DNA of 46,410 nucleotides from a virus (Duplodnaviria; Heunggongvirae; Uroviricota; Caudoviricetes): IMG/VR virus record IMGVR_UViG_2721755497_000002, positions 1 to 46,410 of that record; one strand, 5' to 3'. Shown piece by piece: positions 35,004 to 45,739 of this stretch (position 1 is its first letter; each line of letters starts with the position of its first letter). The notes under the pieces were generated by a model. It saw only the letters and a program-made list of their open reading frames with translations, ran no database searches and was not told where the DNA came from. The position numbers and the translations under genes were made by a program.

Positions 35004-37608
35004 CTTTGCAGATCTGACAGCAATTCTTACCCTGGATTCCACCCGTTTTTCTGAAGAAATGGGGAGGGTGAAAAAAGAGCTGGGGGAAACCGGTTCACTG
35101 GCCGACACGATGTCAGGAAAAGTCAGCCAGTCCTTAAAAAAACCGACAGAGGCGATTGAACAGAGTCTGAGCCGTCAGGCTGTTGCCGCGCAGAAAGCGG
35201 GAATATCCATAGGCCAGTATAAAGCCGCCATGCGGACGCTGCCCGCGCAGTTCACGGATATTGCCACTCAGCTTGCCGGTGGTCAGAGTCCGTGGTTGAT
35301 CCTGCTGCAGCAGGGCGGGCAGATTAAGGACTCCTTCGGTGGAATGCTCCCCATGTTCCGGAGCCTTGCCGGTGCTGTAACGTTGCCGATGGTCGGGATC
35401 ACATCACTGGTTGCGGCAACAGGTGCGCTGGCGTACGCCTGGTACCAGGGGGACTCCACGCTTTCAGCGTTTAATAAAACCCTGGTTCTTTCCGGTAATC
35501 AGTCCGGACTGACCGCCGATCGCATGCTGACTCTTTCCAGAGCCGGACAGGCAGCAGGGCTGACGTTTAATCAGGCGAGTGAGTCACTGGCAGCACTGGT
35601 GAATGCCGGTGTGCGTGGTGGTGAACAGTTTGATGCCATTAATCAGAGTGTGGCGCGTTTTGCTTCTGCATCCGGTGTGGAAGTGGACAAGGTTGCAGAG
35701 GCTTTCGGAAAACTGACCACCGACCCGACGTCGGGGCTGATGGTGATGGCGCGCCAGTTCCGTAACGTGACGGCAGAGCAGATTGCGTATGTTGCGCAAC
35801 TGCAGCGTTCGGGTGATGAGGCCGGGGCATTGCAGGCCGCAAACGAGGCCGCCACAAAAGGGTTTGATGAGCAGACCCGCCGCCTGAAAGCGAACATGGG
35901 AACGCTGGAGAGCTGGGCAGATAAGGTCGGCAGTGCGTTTAAATCCATGTGGGATGCAGTGCTGGATATCGGGCGTCCTGAGTCATCTGCAGAAATGCTG
36001 AATAAGGCACAGCAGGCATTCGATGAGGCGGATAAAAAATGGCAATGGTATCAGAGTCGCAGTAACCGGCGCGGAAAAACGTCAGCGTATCTTTCTAATC
36101 TGCGCGGCGCATGGGACGACCGCGAAAACGCCCGCCTCGGTCTTTCAGCGGCAACACTGCAGACAGACCTGGAAAAAGCCAGCGAAATGGCGGCACGGGA
36201 TCGGGCTGAATCAGAGGCCTCACGGCTGAAGTACACCGAAGAGGCGCAGAAGGCATATGAACGCCTGCAGACGCCGCTGGATAAATATACCGCCCGCCAG
36301 AAGGAGCTGAATAAAGCCCTGAAGGCCGGAAAAATCATTCAGGCGGATTACAATACCCTGATGGCGTCGGCGAAAAAGGATTATGAATCGACGCTGAAAA
36401 AGCCGAAACGGTCAGGCGTGAAAGTGTCTGCGGGTGACCGTCAGGAGGACAACTCCCGTACAGAACTGCTGGCGCTGCAGACTGAACTCCGGACACTCCA
36501 GGCGCATGCAGGGGCGAATGAGAAAATCAGCCAGCAGCGGCGGGAGCTGTGGAAGGCGGAAAGTCAGTACGCGGTGCTGGCGGAGGCGGCACAACGTCGC
36601 CAGCTGTCCGTGCAGGAGAAATCCCTGCTGGCGCATAAAGACGAAACGCTGGAATACAAACGCCAGCTGGCTGACCTGGGTGACAAGGTTGAAAACCAGA
36701 AACGCCTGAATGAGCTGGCAGATCAGGCGGAGAAATTTGCACAGCAGCAGCGGGCAAAACAGGCTGCCATCAGAGCAAAGGAACGTGGACTGACGGACAG
36801 GCAGGCACAGCGGGAGTCGGAAGAGCAGCGGTTGCGCGAGGTGTATGAAGGCAATCCGCAGGCGCTGGCAAAGGCAACAGATGCGCTGAGACAGACATGG
36901 GATTCAGAAGACCAGCTGAGTGGCAGCTGGATGGCCGGGCTTAAATCGGGCTGGAACCAGTGGGCGGAAAGTGCGACGGACAGTTTTTCGCAGGTTAAAA
37001 GTGCTGCAACGCAGACCTTTGATGGTATTGCACAGAATATGGCGGCAATGCTGACCGGCAGTGAACAGAACTGGCGCAGTTTCACCCGTTCGGTGCTGTC
37101 CATGATGACGGAAATCCTGATTAAACAGGCCATGGTGGGGATTGTCGGGAGTATCGGCAGCGCCATCGGGGGAGCCATTGGTGGTGCTGGCGCATCAGCT
37201 TCCACGGGGACAGCCATTCAGGCTGCGGCAGCGAACTTTCATTTTGCGACCGGTGGATTCACCGGCACTGGCGGAAAATATGAGCCTGCGGGGATTGTTC
37301 ACCGTGGTGAGTTCGTGTTCACGAAGGAGGCAACCAGCCGGATTGGTGTCGGCAACCTGTACCGCCTGATGCGGGGCTATGCGGATGGCGGTTATGTCGG
37401 TGGTGCCGGAAGTCAGGCGCAGATGCAGCGGACAGACGGCATTAATTTTAATCAGAACAACAACGTGGTGATTCAGAATGATGCCACGAACGGCAGTATC
37501 GGTCCGCAGGCACTGGTGCTGGTTTATGACATGGCCCGTAAGGGAGCCCGTGATGAGATCCAGGCACAGATGCGTGATGGCGGTATGTTCTCCGGAGGTG
37601 GGCGTTGA
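34984..37608 (+). CDS. H: Tape measure protein H
   Basis: 874 aa; extensive lambda gpH-like sequence; track start is GTG, alternative ATG at 34993. Confidence 0.9.
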   Translation: MSAMSGNFADLTAILTLDSTRFSEEMGRVKKELGETGSLADTMSGKVSQSLKKPTEAIEQSLSRQAVAAQKAGISIGQYKAAMRTLPAQFTDIATQLAGGQSPWLILLQQGGQIKDSFGGMLPMFRSLAGAVTLPMVGITSLVAATGALAYAWYQGDSTLSAFNKTLVLSGNQSGLTADRMLTLSRAGQAAGLTFNQASESLAALVNAGVRGGEQFDAINQSVARFASASGVEVDKVAEAFGKLTTDPTSGLMVMARQFRNVTAEQIAYVAQLQRSGDEAGALQAANEAATKGFDEQTRRLKANMGTLESWADKVGSAFKSMWDAVLDIGRPESSAEMLNKAQQAFDEADKKWQWYQSRSNRRGKTSAYLSNLRGAWDDRENARLGLSAATLQTDLEKASEMAARDRAESEASRLKYTEEAQKAYERLQTPLDKYTARQKELNKALKAGKIIQADYNTLMASAKKDYESTLKKPKRSGVKVSAGDRQEDNSRTELLALQTELRTLQAHAGANEKISQQRRELWKAESQYAVLAEAAQRRQLSVQEKSLLAHKDETLEYKRQLADLGDKVENQKRLNELADQAEKFAQQQRAKQAAIRAKERGLTDRQAQRESEEQRLREVYEGNPQALAKATDALRQTWDSEDQLSGSWMAGLKSGWNQWAESATDSFSQVKSAATQTFDGIAQNMAAMLTGSEQNWRSFTRSVLSMMTEILIKQAMVGIVGSIGSAIGGAIGGAGASASTGTAIQAAAANFHFATGGFTGTGGKYEPAGIVHRGEFVFTKEATSRIGVGNLYRLMRGYADGGYVGGAGSQAQMQRTDGINFNQNNNVVIQNDATNGSIGPQALVLVYDMARKGARDEIQAQMRDGGMFSGGGR

Positions 37609-37934
37609 AAACATTTCGCTGGAAAGTGAAGCCGGGAATGGAAGTGACCTCTGAGCCGTCAGTTATGGAAGTGCGTTTTGGGGATGGGTATTCCCAGCGT
37701 GCGCCTGCCGGGCTGAATGCGGATCTGAAAATCTACAATGTTTCGCTGTCCGTGACCCGTGATGATGCCAGACGGCTGGAAGATTTTCTGGCAGAGCACG
37801 GGGGCTGGAAGGCGTTTCTGTGGACGCCGCCTTATACGTACAGGCAGATAAAGGTGACATGCGCTAAATGGACCTCCAGGATAAATATGCTGCGTGTGGA
37901 ATTCAGCGCGGAGTTTAAACAGGTGGTGAACTGA
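37605..37934 (+). CDS. M: Minor tail protein M
   Basis: 109 aa; MKTFRWKVKPGM...FLWTPPY...IKVTCAKW...EFSAEF lambda M-like. Confidence 0.9.
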   Translation: MKTFRWKVKPGMEVTSEPSVMEVRFGDGYSQRAPAGLNADLKIYNVSLSVTRDDARRLEDFLAEHGGWKAFLWTPPYTYRQIKVTCAKWTSRINMLRVEFSAEFKQVVN

Positions 37935-38632
37935 TGCAGGATATTCATGAAGAGAGCCTGAACGAGGCGGTAAAATCAGCGCAGTCCGCCCGCGTGGTGC
38001 TGTGGGAAATCGACCTGACGGCGCAGGGAGGCGAACGCTATTTTTTCTGCGGTGAACTCAATGAAAAGGGCGAGCCTGTCACCTGGCAGGGGCGTCAGTA
38101 TCAGGCATACCCGATAGAGGGCAGCGGCTTTGAGATGAACGGCAAGGGCAGCAGTGCGCGACCGTCGCTGATTGTCTCGAATCTGTTCGGACTGGTCACC
38201 GGCATGGCGGAGGATTTGCAGAGTCTGGTCGGGGGCACGGTGGTTCGCCGCCGGGTGTACGCCCGTTTTCTCGATGCCGTGAATTTTGTTGCGGGAAACC
38301 CGGAGGCAGACCCTGAGCAGGAGTTGACAGATCGCTGGGTGGTGGAGCAGTTGTCAGCGCTGACCTGCGAAAAGGCGACCTTTATCCTGGCGACACCGGC
38401 AGAGACGGACGGGGCGCTGTTTCCCGGTCGTATCATGCTGGCCAATACCTGTCCGTGGGATTACCGTGGAGAGGAATGTGGGTATAACGGCCCGGCAGTG
38501 GCTGACGAGTTCGACAAACCCACCACGGATATCAGGAAAGACAAATGCAGCAAGTGCCTGCGCGGTTGTGAAATGCGCGGGAATGTGGCAAACGGCGGTT
38601 TTTTCCTTTCCATTAATAAACTTTCACAGTGA
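37934..38632 (+). CDS. L: Minor tail protein L
   Basis: 232 aa, lambda L-like. Confidence 0.9.
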   Translation: MQDIHEESLNEAVKSAQSARVVLWEIDLTAQGGERYFFCGELNEKGEPVTWQGRQYQAYPIEGSGFEMNGKGSSARPSLIVSNLFGLVTGMAEDLQSLVGGTVVRRRVYARFLDAVNFVAGNPEADPEQELTDRWVVEQLSALTCEKATFILATPAETDGALFPGRIMLANTCPWDYRGEECGYNGPAVADEFDKPTTDIRKDKCSKCLRGCEMRGNVANGGFFLSINKLSQ

Positions 38633-39381
38633 TTATCATGGAACAGACTGAATCAGCCATTCTGGCGCATGCACGGCGGTGTGCGCCAGCGGAGTCGTGC
38701 GGCTTCGTGGTGAGAACGCCGGAGGGGGAGCAGTATCAGCCGTGCGTGAATATTTCTGCAGAGCCGGAGGCGTATTTTCGTATTGCGCCGGAAGACTGGT
38801 TGCGGGCGGATATGCAGGGGGAGATTGTGGCGCTGGTCCACAGTCATCCCGGCGGTCTGCCCTGGCTGAGCGAGGCGGACCGGCGGCTGCAGGTAAAAAG
38901 TGCAATTCCCTGGTGGCTGGTCTGCCAGGGCGAAATTCATCATTTCCGCTGCGTTCCGCACCTCACCGGACGGCGTTTTGAACACGGTGTGACGGACTGT
39001 TACACCCTGTTCCGGGATGCATACCATCTGGCGGGGATAACGCTGCCGGATTTTGCGCGTGAGGATGACTGGTGGCGCAACGGTCAGAACCTGTACCTGG
39101 ACAATCTGGCGGAAAACGGCTTTTACCGGGTATCCCTGTCCGGTGCACAGGCGGGAGACATTCTGCTGTGCTGTTTTGGTTCATCGGTACCCAATCATGC
39201 TGCCATTTACTGTGGCAATGGTGAGCTGCTTCACCATATACCTGAACAACTGAGTAAACGGGAGAGGTATTCTGAAAAATGGCAACGACGAACGCATTCT
39301 GTCTGGCGTCACCGCCACTGGTCCGTATCTGCCTTCACGGGGATTTACAACGATTTGGTCGCCGCATCAGCCTGTATGTGA
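38629..39381 (+). CDS. K: Tail assembly protein K (JAB/MPN + NlpC/P60-like)
   Basis: 250 aa; HSHPGG JAB motif; C-terminus RTHSVWRHRHWSVSAFTGIYNDLVAAS like lambda K. Confidence 0.85.
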   Translation: MIIMEQTESAILAHARRCAPAESCGFVVRTPEGEQYQPCVNISAEPEAYFRIAPEDWLRADMQGEIVALVHSHPGGLPWLSEADRRLQVKSAIPWWLVCQGEIHHFRCVPHLTGRRFEHGVTDCYTLFRDAYHLAGITLPDFAREDDWWRNGQNLYLDNLAENGFYRVSLSGAQAGDILLCCFGSSVPNHAAIYCGNGELLHHIPEQLSKRERYSEKWQRRTHSVWRHRHWSVSAFTGIYNDLVAASACM

Positions 39382-39917
39382 ACACGGCAGCGGAGGCCAT
39401 CCGTGCCCTGTCGCTGCAGGTGCCGGGATTCCGGCAGAAACTGTATGAGGGATGGTATCAGTTACGCATTGCGGGCAGGGATGTATCTGAACAGGAGCTT
39501 CATTCCAGAGTATGTGAGCCGTTGAATGACGGGGATGTTATCCATCTGGTGCCCCGGACGGAGGGGGCAAAAAACGGCGGTGTTCTTCAGGTGGTGGCCG
39601 GTGCTGTTCTGGCTGTTGTGGGATATGTGTTTAGCTGGACCGGTATTGGTGCTGTCATCGGTAATCTTGGGGTGGCCATGATGGTGGGGGGTATCACGCA
39701 GATGCTCACCCCCAGGGCGAAAACACCGTCTGCCACGACAACAGATAATGGTAAACGGAACACGTATTTCTCCTCACTGGACAACATGATTGCCCAGGGT
39801 AACCCGATGCCGGTGCCTTATGGTGAGATGCTTGTGGGGTCGCGGCGGATATCCCAGGACATCAGCACCCGCGATGAGGGCGGGGACGGGCAGGTGGTGG
39901 TTATCGGTCGGGGGTGA
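39279..39917 (+). CDS. I: Tail assembly protein I
   Basis: 212 aa; RICLHGDLQRFGRRI...TTDNGKRNTYFSSLDNM...GQVVVIGR lambda I-like; overlaps K 3' end. Confidence 0.85.
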   Translation: MATTNAFCLASPPLVRICLHGDLQRFGRRISLYVNTAAEAIRALSLQVPGFRQKLYEGWYQLRIAGRDVSEQELHSRVCEPLNDGDVIHLVPRTEGAKNGGVLQVVAGAVLAVVGYVFSWTGIGAVIGNLGVAMMVGGITQMLTPRAKTPSATTTDNGKRNTYFSSLDNMIAQGNPMPVPYGEMLVGSRRISQDISTRDEGGDGQVVVIGRG

Positions 39918-40087
39918 GAATAAACATAAAAAATACCCACAGTATTGACCAGACTGTGGGGATAACGATGAAGATTAACTTAAAGGAGTTATTTTTTCAG
40001 CCTGAATAATGTAACGCCTTAAGATTTTCCGGGCTACAGTCAGTCTCCGGAAATGTGAGGAAATTCAGGAATTTTATTCAGTCAGCA

Positions 40088-40120
40088 GACAGGCACCCTC
40101 CGGGGTGCCTGTTGTTTTTG
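40088..40120 (+). terminator. Terminator-like hairpin (ACAGGCACCCtccgGGGTGCCTGT + TGTTTTTG) in the I-J spacer
   Basis: 10-bp perfect stem, 4-nt loop, T-tract, about 45 bp upstream of J start. Confidence 0.5.
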
Positions 40121-40162
40121 TACATAAACAGATACTGATATCAGACACTAAAGGGTGACGCA

Positions 40163-43100
40163 ATGGGTAAGGGGGGCGGCAAGGGGCACACACCGCGTGA
40201 GGCGAAGGATAACCTGAAGTCCACGCAGATGATGAGCGTGATTGATGCCATTGGTGAAGGGCCGGTTGAAGGTCCGGTGAAGGGACTGCAGAGTATTCTG
40301 GTGAACAAAACCCCGCTGACGGATATGGACGGTAATCCCGTGATACATGGCGTGACAGCCGTCTGGCGTGCAGGGGAGCAGGAGCAGACGCCGCCGGAAG
40401 GCTTTGAGTCTTCCGGTGCGGAAACCGCACTGGGCGTGGAGGTGACGAAGGCGAAGCCGGTGACGCGCACCATCACGTCAGCGAACATTGACCGTCTGCG
40501 GGTCACCTTCGGGGTTCAGTCACTGGTGGAGACGACCTCAAAGGGTGACCGTAATCCCTCTTCTGTCCGGTTGCTGATTCAGCTTGAGCGTAGCGGGCAC
40601 TGGGTGACAGAGAAGGATATCACCATTAACGGTAAGACCACCTCGCAGTACCTGACGTCGGTGATAATCAGTAACCTCCCTGAGCGTCCCTTTAATATCC
40701 GGATAGTCAGGGAGACGGCGGACAGTACCACGGACCAGCTGCAGAACAGAACGCTCTGGTCGTCATACACCGAAATCATCGATGTGAAACAGAGCTACCC
40801 GAACACAGCCATAGTGGGGCTGCAGGTGGATGCGGAGCAGTTCGGTGGGCAGCAGATGGCGGTGAACTACCATATCCGCGGGCGCATCATCCATGTGCCG
40901 TCAAACTATGACCCGGAAAAACGTACATACAGCGGTATCTGGGACGGGACTCTGAAACCGGCATACAGCAACAACCCGGCCTGGTGTCTGTGGGATATGC
41001 TGACGCATCCACGTTATGGTATGGGAAAGCGCCTCGGGGCCGCGGATGTGGACAAGTGGGCGCTCTATGCCCTCGGACAGTACTGTGACCAGCCGGTTCC
41101 GGATGGCTTTGGTGGTACAGAACCCCGTATGACCTTTAATGCGTACCTGTCACAACAGCGTAAGGCGTGGGACGTGCTGGGGGATTTCTGCTCTGCAATG
41201 CGCTGTATGCCGGTATGGAACGGACAGACGCTGACGTTTGTTCAGGACAGACCATCGGATGTTGTCTGGACTTATACCGCCGGTAATGTGGTGACGGGGG
41301 AGGATGGGGTAAGTTTTCATTACAGCTTCAGTGCCCTCAAGGACAGACACACGGCAGTTGAGGTGAATTACACCGATCCGCAGAATGGCTGGCAGACATC
41401 GACTGAACTGGTGGAGGATCCGGATGCCATACTGCGCTACGGACGCAATCTTCTGAAGATGGATGCGTTCGGCTGTACCAGCCGTGGTCAGGCTCACCGG
41501 GCAGGCCTGTGGGTGATAAAGACCGAACTGCTGGAAACACAGACAGTGGATTTCAGTGTGGGGGCGGAGGGACTGCGTCACACGCCGGGCGATATCATTG
41601 AAATCAGTGATAATGCGTATGCCGGTACCGTGATCGGCGGGCGGATCCTGTCCGTCGACAACGCCAGCCGGACCCTGACGCTTGACCGTGAAGTCACCCT
41701 CCCGGAAAAGGGCACATCCACGGTGAATCTGATAAACGGCAGCGGTAAGCCGGTGAGTGTGGATGTTACCGGGCAGCCATCACCTGACAGGATACAGATC
41801 AGTACACTGCCTGACGGGGTGGTGGAACACAGTATCTGGGGGCTGGCATTGCCGGGACTGCGCCGCCGTCTGTTCCGGTGTGTGGCGATCCGCGAAAATG
41901 CGGACGGTACCTTCGCCATCACGGCGGTGCAGCATGTGCCGGAGAAGGAGGCCATCGTGGATAATGGTGCCACCTTTGAGCCGTTGTCCGGTTCGCTGAA
42001 CAGTGTCACACCTCCGGCAGTACAGCATCTCACGGTGGAGGTAAGCGCGTCTGACGGTCAGTATCTGGCGGTGGCGAAATGGGACACGCCGCGGGTGGTG
42101 AAGGGCGTGCGCTTCAGTCTGCGCCTGACCAGCGGAACCGGTGAAAACAGCCGTCTGGTGACCAGCGCCATCACTGCCGATACGGTGCACCGTTTCAGCG
42201 GTTTGCCACAGGGGGAGTACACCCTGATGGTCAGGGCGATAAACAGCTATGGGCAGCAGGGTGAAGCCGCCATCACCACGTTCCGGATTAACGCACCGGC
42301 AGCACCTGCCACCATTGAACTGACCCCCGGCTATTTCCAGATAACAGCAGTGCCGCGTCTTGCGTTGTATGATCCGACGGTACAGTTTGAATTCTGGTTC
42401 TCAGAAAAACGCATCACGAACACTGCACAGGTGGAAACGTCCGCCCGTTATCTGGGGACCGGCAGCCAGTGGAGCGTCTCCGGCTCGCACATTAAGCCAG
42501 GGACAGATTTCTGGTTTTATGTGCGCAGCGTCAACCTGGTGGGTAAATCCGTTTTTGTTGAAGCAACCGGACGGGCGAGCAATGATGCGGAAGGTTATCT
42601 GGACTTTTTCAAAGGAGAAATCGGGAAGACACATCTGGCACAGGGGATGTGGGAGCTGATTGATAACAGTCAGCTTGATGATGAGATGGCGGAGATGAAG
42701 ACCACCATCACAGAAACCCGCAATGAAATCACACAGACGGTCAATAAAATCCTGGAAGACCAGAGTGTCACCATACAGCAGATACAGCGTGTGCAGAAGG
42801 AGACGGATGACAGCCTGAGCGCACTGTACATGCTGAAGGTGCAGAAAACGAAAAACGGTATTCCGTATGTTGCTGGTATTGGTGCGGGGATTGAGGATGT
42901 TGATGGCCAGACCCTGAGCAATATTCTGCTGCAGGCTGACCGTATCGCGATGATTAACCCGGAGAACGGCAACACCACGCCGCTGTTTGTGGCGCAGGGG
43001 AATCAGTTGTTCATGAACGACGTATTCCTGAAGCGGTTGTTTGCGGTGAGCATCACCTCGTCCGGCAATCCCCCTGTGTTCTCCCTGACGCCGGAAGGCA

Positions 43101-43639
43101 GGCTGACGGCCCGTAATGCGGATATCAGCGGAAATATTAATGCGAACTCTGGCACGCTCAATAATGTGACCATTAACCAGAACTGCCGGATTCTGGGAAA
43201 ACTGTCTGCAAACCAGATTGAAGGTGACCTGGTCAAAACAGTGGGGAAAGCTTTCCCACGGAATAACAGTTATGCCAGTGGCACTATAACGGTCACCGTT
43301 TATGATGACCAGGGATTCGACAGGCAGATCATCATTCCGCCGGTACTGTTCCGGGGGGCGAGACATGAGCACCAGTCCAGCAAAGATCACACTTCAACAT
43401 GGTATTCCACGTGTCAGTTACAGGTGCAGATGAACGGAAGGGTGATTTTTCATGAGCCGGCAACGGATGTCACCCGGGTGTTTTCGTCCGTCATTGATAT
43501 GCCGGCAGGACGGGGTCATGTGACCCTGAGGTTTAATGTGTGGTCGAACGGGGTGAACCACTGGACGCCGACAACATACATCAGTGATTTACTGGTTGTG
43601 GTCATGAAAAAATCTACGGCGGGTATCAGTATTTCGTGA
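40163..43639 (+). CDS. J: Central tail fibre / host specificity protein J
   Basis: 1158 aa; lambda J-like throughout ([22 protein letters not shown]...). Confidence 0.9.
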   Translation: MGKGGGKGHTPREAKDNLKSTQMMSVIDAIGEGPVEGPVKGLQSILVNKTPLTDMDGNPVIHGVTAVWRAGEQEQTPPEGFESSGAETALGVEVTKAKPVTRTITSANIDRLRVTFGVQSLVETTSKGDRNPSSVRLLIQLERSGHWVTEKDITINGKTTSQYLTSVIISNLPERPFNIRIVRETADSTTDQLQNRTLWSSYTEIIDVKQSYPNTAIVGLQVDAEQFGGQQMAVNYHIRGRIIHVPSNYDPEKRTYSGIWDGTLKPAYSNNPAWCLWDMLTHPRYGMGKRLGAADVDKWALYALGQYCDQPVPDGFGGTEPRMTFNAYLSQQRKAWDVLGDFCSAMRCMPVWNGQTLTFVQDRPSDVVWTYTAGNVVTGEDGVSFHYSFSALKDRHTAVEVNYTDPQNGWQTSTELVEDPDAILRYGRNLLKMDAFGCTSRGQAHRAGLWVIKTELLETQTVDFSVGAEGLRHTPGDIIEISDNAYAGTVIGGRILSVDNASRTLTLDREVTLPEKGTSTVNLINGSGKPVSVDVTGQPSPDRIQISTLPDGVVEHSIWGLALPGLRRRLFRCVAIRENADGTFAITAVQHVPEKEAIVDNGATFEPLSGSLNSVTPPAVQHLTVEVSASDGQYLAVAKWDTPRVVKGVRFSLRLTSGTGENSRLVTSAITADTVHRFSGLPQGEYTLMVRAINSYGQQGEAAITTFRINAPAAPATIELTPGYFQITAVPRLALYDPTVQFEFWFSEKRITNTAQVETSARYLGTGSQWSVSGSHIKPGTDFWFYVRSVNLVGKSVFVEATGRASNDAEGYLDFFKGEIGKTHLAQGMWELIDNSQLDDEMAEMKTTITETRNEITQTVNKILEDQSVTIQQIQRVQKETDDSLSALYMLKVQKTKNGIPYVAGIGAGIEDVDGQTLSNILLQADRIAMINPENGNTTPLFVAQGNQLFMNDVFLKRLFAVSITSSGNPPVFSLTPEGRLTARNADISGNINANSGTLNNVTINQNCRILGKLSANQIEGDLVKTVGKAFPRNNSYASGTITVTVYDDQGFDRQIIIPPVLFRGARHEHQSSKDHTSTWYSTCQLQVQMNGRVIFHEPATDVTRVFSSVIDMPAGRGHVTLRFNVWSNGVNHWTPTTYISDLLVVVMKKSTAGISIS

Positions 43640-43815
43640 ACATGATGACTGGAATTGCCGGAAGGATATAAAACCGTACAGTATGCGCGGGTGCCTTTGG
43701 CTGATGGCCGGATGTGAAAAGGCCCCGAGTCAACTTCAATGTTAACCCGAGGCCCTGATCCGTCTACCTTAAGCAAGTGACAGGTTAGCGCCTCTCCGTA
43801 AAAGGAGCAAGTGCT

Positions 43816-43956
43816 GTGTCGCAAAAACCGTTAAAAACCACCGTGATTTGTATCACGATAGTGCTCATTATCTGGATCACCCACAGTTCACTGTGTGAAT
43901 TCCGGTTCCGGATAGCTGGCGCGGAGATTGCGGCGTTCTTACAGTGTAAACAGTAA
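43816..43956 (+). CDS. Second Hok-family type I toxin candidate (46 aa, GTG start)
   Basis: VSQKPLKTTVICITIVLIIWITHSSLCEFRFRIAGAEIAAFLQCKQ: TM helix followed by the Hok signature LCE-x-R-x-R...G..E-[IV]-A-[AV]-F; AAGGAG 8 nt upstream; not in ORF track. Confidence 0.45.
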   Translation: MSQKPLKTTVICITIVLIIWITHSSLCEFRFRIAGAEIAAFLQCKQ

Positions 43957-44051
43957 GAAACCGTGGCGGGGGACTCAGTCCCCCGCTGACCGGTTGCTGA
44001 AGGTGGTCAGCCGGATGGCACCTTTTTAATCCTGTAAACCACGATTTTTAC

Positions 44052-44088
44052 CGCAGGCCGGGAAACCGGCACTGCGGTTTTTTTATGG
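44052..44088 (+). terminator. Rho-independent terminator (CCGCAG...CTGCGG + T7) before the side tail fibre gene
   Basis: Hairpin with T-tract; a second hairpin GGCGGGGGACtcaGTCCCCCGC lies upstream at about 43965. Confidence 0.5.
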
Positions 44089-44097
44089 GGAAAATCC

Positions 44098-44688
44098 ATG
44101 ACAGTCAGAATATCGGGTGTGCTGAAGGACGGCGCGGGGAAGCCGGTACCGGGATGCACAATAGAACTGAAAGCGCGACGCACCACAGAAACGGTGATTG
44201 TCACCACGGTGGCATACGGGCAGCCGGGGGAGACAGGCAGCTACAGTATGGATGTTGAACCGGGGCTGTACCGTGTGACCCTGAACACAGAAGGGCGTAT
44301 GCCGTCATACGTCGGTGACATTCTGGTGAAGGCGGACTCTGCACCGGGAACACTGAATAAATTCCTGATGGACTTTGAGGATGCGCCATATTATCCGAAA
44401 GCCCTCGCTGAGCTGGAAGCGGTGGCAGCGGAAATACTGAAGCGTGCTGAAGCCTCCGCAGCCAGTGCAGAGGAGGCCAAAAAACGGGCAGAGAATGCCA
44501 GGGGGCCGAAGGGTGATAAAGGTGACCCGGGACCGCAGGGGGTACAGGGACCGAAAGGTGAGACAGGTGCAACCGGGCCACAGGGTGAGCGTGGTGCAAC
44601 AGGGGCACAGGGTGTTCCGGGCCCCAAAGGGGATACCGGAGCCACAGGACCTGAGGGTAAAGCCGGTCCTGTGGGACCAAAAGGGTGA
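44098..44688 (+). CDS. Side tail fibre, N-terminal segment (Stf-like N-domain + collagen-like G-X-Y repeats)
   Basis: [28 protein letters not shown]... resembles lambda Stf N-terminus; ends at TGA inside the collagen-like repeat. Confidence 0.7.
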   Translation: MTVRISGVLKDGAGKPVPGCTIELKARRTTETVIVTTVAYGQPGETGSYSMDVEPGLYRVTLNTEGRMPSYVGDILVKADSAPGTLNKFLMDFEDAPYYPKALAELEAVAAEILKRAEASAASAEEAKKRAENARGPKGDKGDPGPQGVQGPKGETGATGPQGERGATGAQGVPGPKGDTGATGPEGKAGPVGPKG

Positions 44689-45505
44689 CAGGGGGGACAC
44701 AGGGCCCAGAGGTGAACGGGGTGAAAAGGGAGAGAAAGGAGATCCGGGTGGCCCTCCAGGGCCAAAGGGAGATCCGGGACCACAGGGGCCTGCCGGGCCT
44801 CAGGGAAAATCAGGCAGCCTTGAAGATATTACAGACAGGGAAGCTTTCATCCGTGAGCTTGGTGTGCCCAGAGCATACGGGCGTGACATTTCAACCGGAG
44901 CAGGTGAGTGGACGACAGAAGAGTTTGTTGCCTGGCTGAAAGAGCAGGGGGCATTTGACCATACCTGCTGGATAATGAAGGCATCACTGCCAGCGGCGAT
45001 GAATAAGGCCATCACTGATGTCGGACCGGGGAAACTCAATCTGGGCGGCTGTACCATTGAAGTGATGGGAACATATGACGCCGCCATTGTACGGGTCACC
45101 ATTGGTGAATACGGTGCAACGGGGTTTATTAATGGCACGGTCTGTACCTGTACGGTTTATGGCGATACCCGGAAATACCACTGGCGGGTGGATTACGGTA
45201 CCAGGAATAAACCCACGACGGCGAGTCTGGCTGTCAATGGCTGGGAACGTGATGAGGCTACCGGACGGATGCGACAATGGGGGACGCTTGTGATAAGTGA
45301 ATCCGATGGTCAGGCGTTATCACTGCACTCCATCCGTTTTCCGGTGGTTTTTCCTTCAGCAGTGCTGAATGTTCAGGTTTCTCCGGTGGGGGAGCCCGGG
45401 AAAATTCCCGGATACACTCTGTCCTCACCGTCATTGCAGTCGGTGACACTGAGGACTGTCAGAGGAACCTCCGGTAAGTTTTTCTGGGAAGCGACCGGAT
45501 ACTGA
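44689..45505 (+). CDS. Side tail fibre, C-terminal segment in +1 frame (collagen-like repeats then receptor-binding domain)
   Basis: ORF 44444..45505; G-X-Y repeat resumes in this frame just after the stop of the N-terminal segment. Confidence 0.6.
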
Positions 45506-45514
45506 GGAGGGATT

Positions 45515-45739
45515 ATGGAGCGTTATATTTTTTCACCGTCCGCGAATATGTTTTATCCGGCCTCCCTGCGCGCCGTTTACGAGACTACCGGGAACTGGCC
45601 TGTGGATGGTATAGAGGTGGACTATGCCGTGTATAAAGTTTTTGCAGCGGATGCTGCACCGGCGGGCATGAAGCGGGGAGTTGGTACGGAAAAAATGCCG
45701 GTCTGGGTGCCGGTATCGGAAGAGGGCACGGGAAAATGA
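45515..45739 (+). CDS. Small tail-fibre-associated protein (possible chaperone component)
   Basis: 74-aa ORF; stop overlaps next gene start (ATGA). Confidence 0.45.
   Translation: MERYIFSPSANMFYPASLRAVYETTGNWPVDGIEVDYAVYKVFAADAAPAGMKRGVGTEKMPVWVPVSEEGTGK

Noticed and set aside
36723-37217. 164-aa minus-strand ORF inside the tape measure gene
   Set aside because: Antisense to gpH-like sequence; Ala/Cys/Ser-rich translation typical of the reverse frame of Ala-rich coding DNA.
42401-43390. 329-aa ORF on the minus strand inside J
   Set aside because: Fully antisense to the strongly supported J gene; no Shine-Dalgarno context and no recognisable domains. Long antisense ORFs are common in GC-rich phage tail genes.
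44201-44783. Three overlapping minus-strand ORFs (130-159 aa) across the tail fibre collagen-like region
   Set aside because: Artefacts of the GC-rich G-X-Y repeat, which is open in several frames; Pro/His-rich products.
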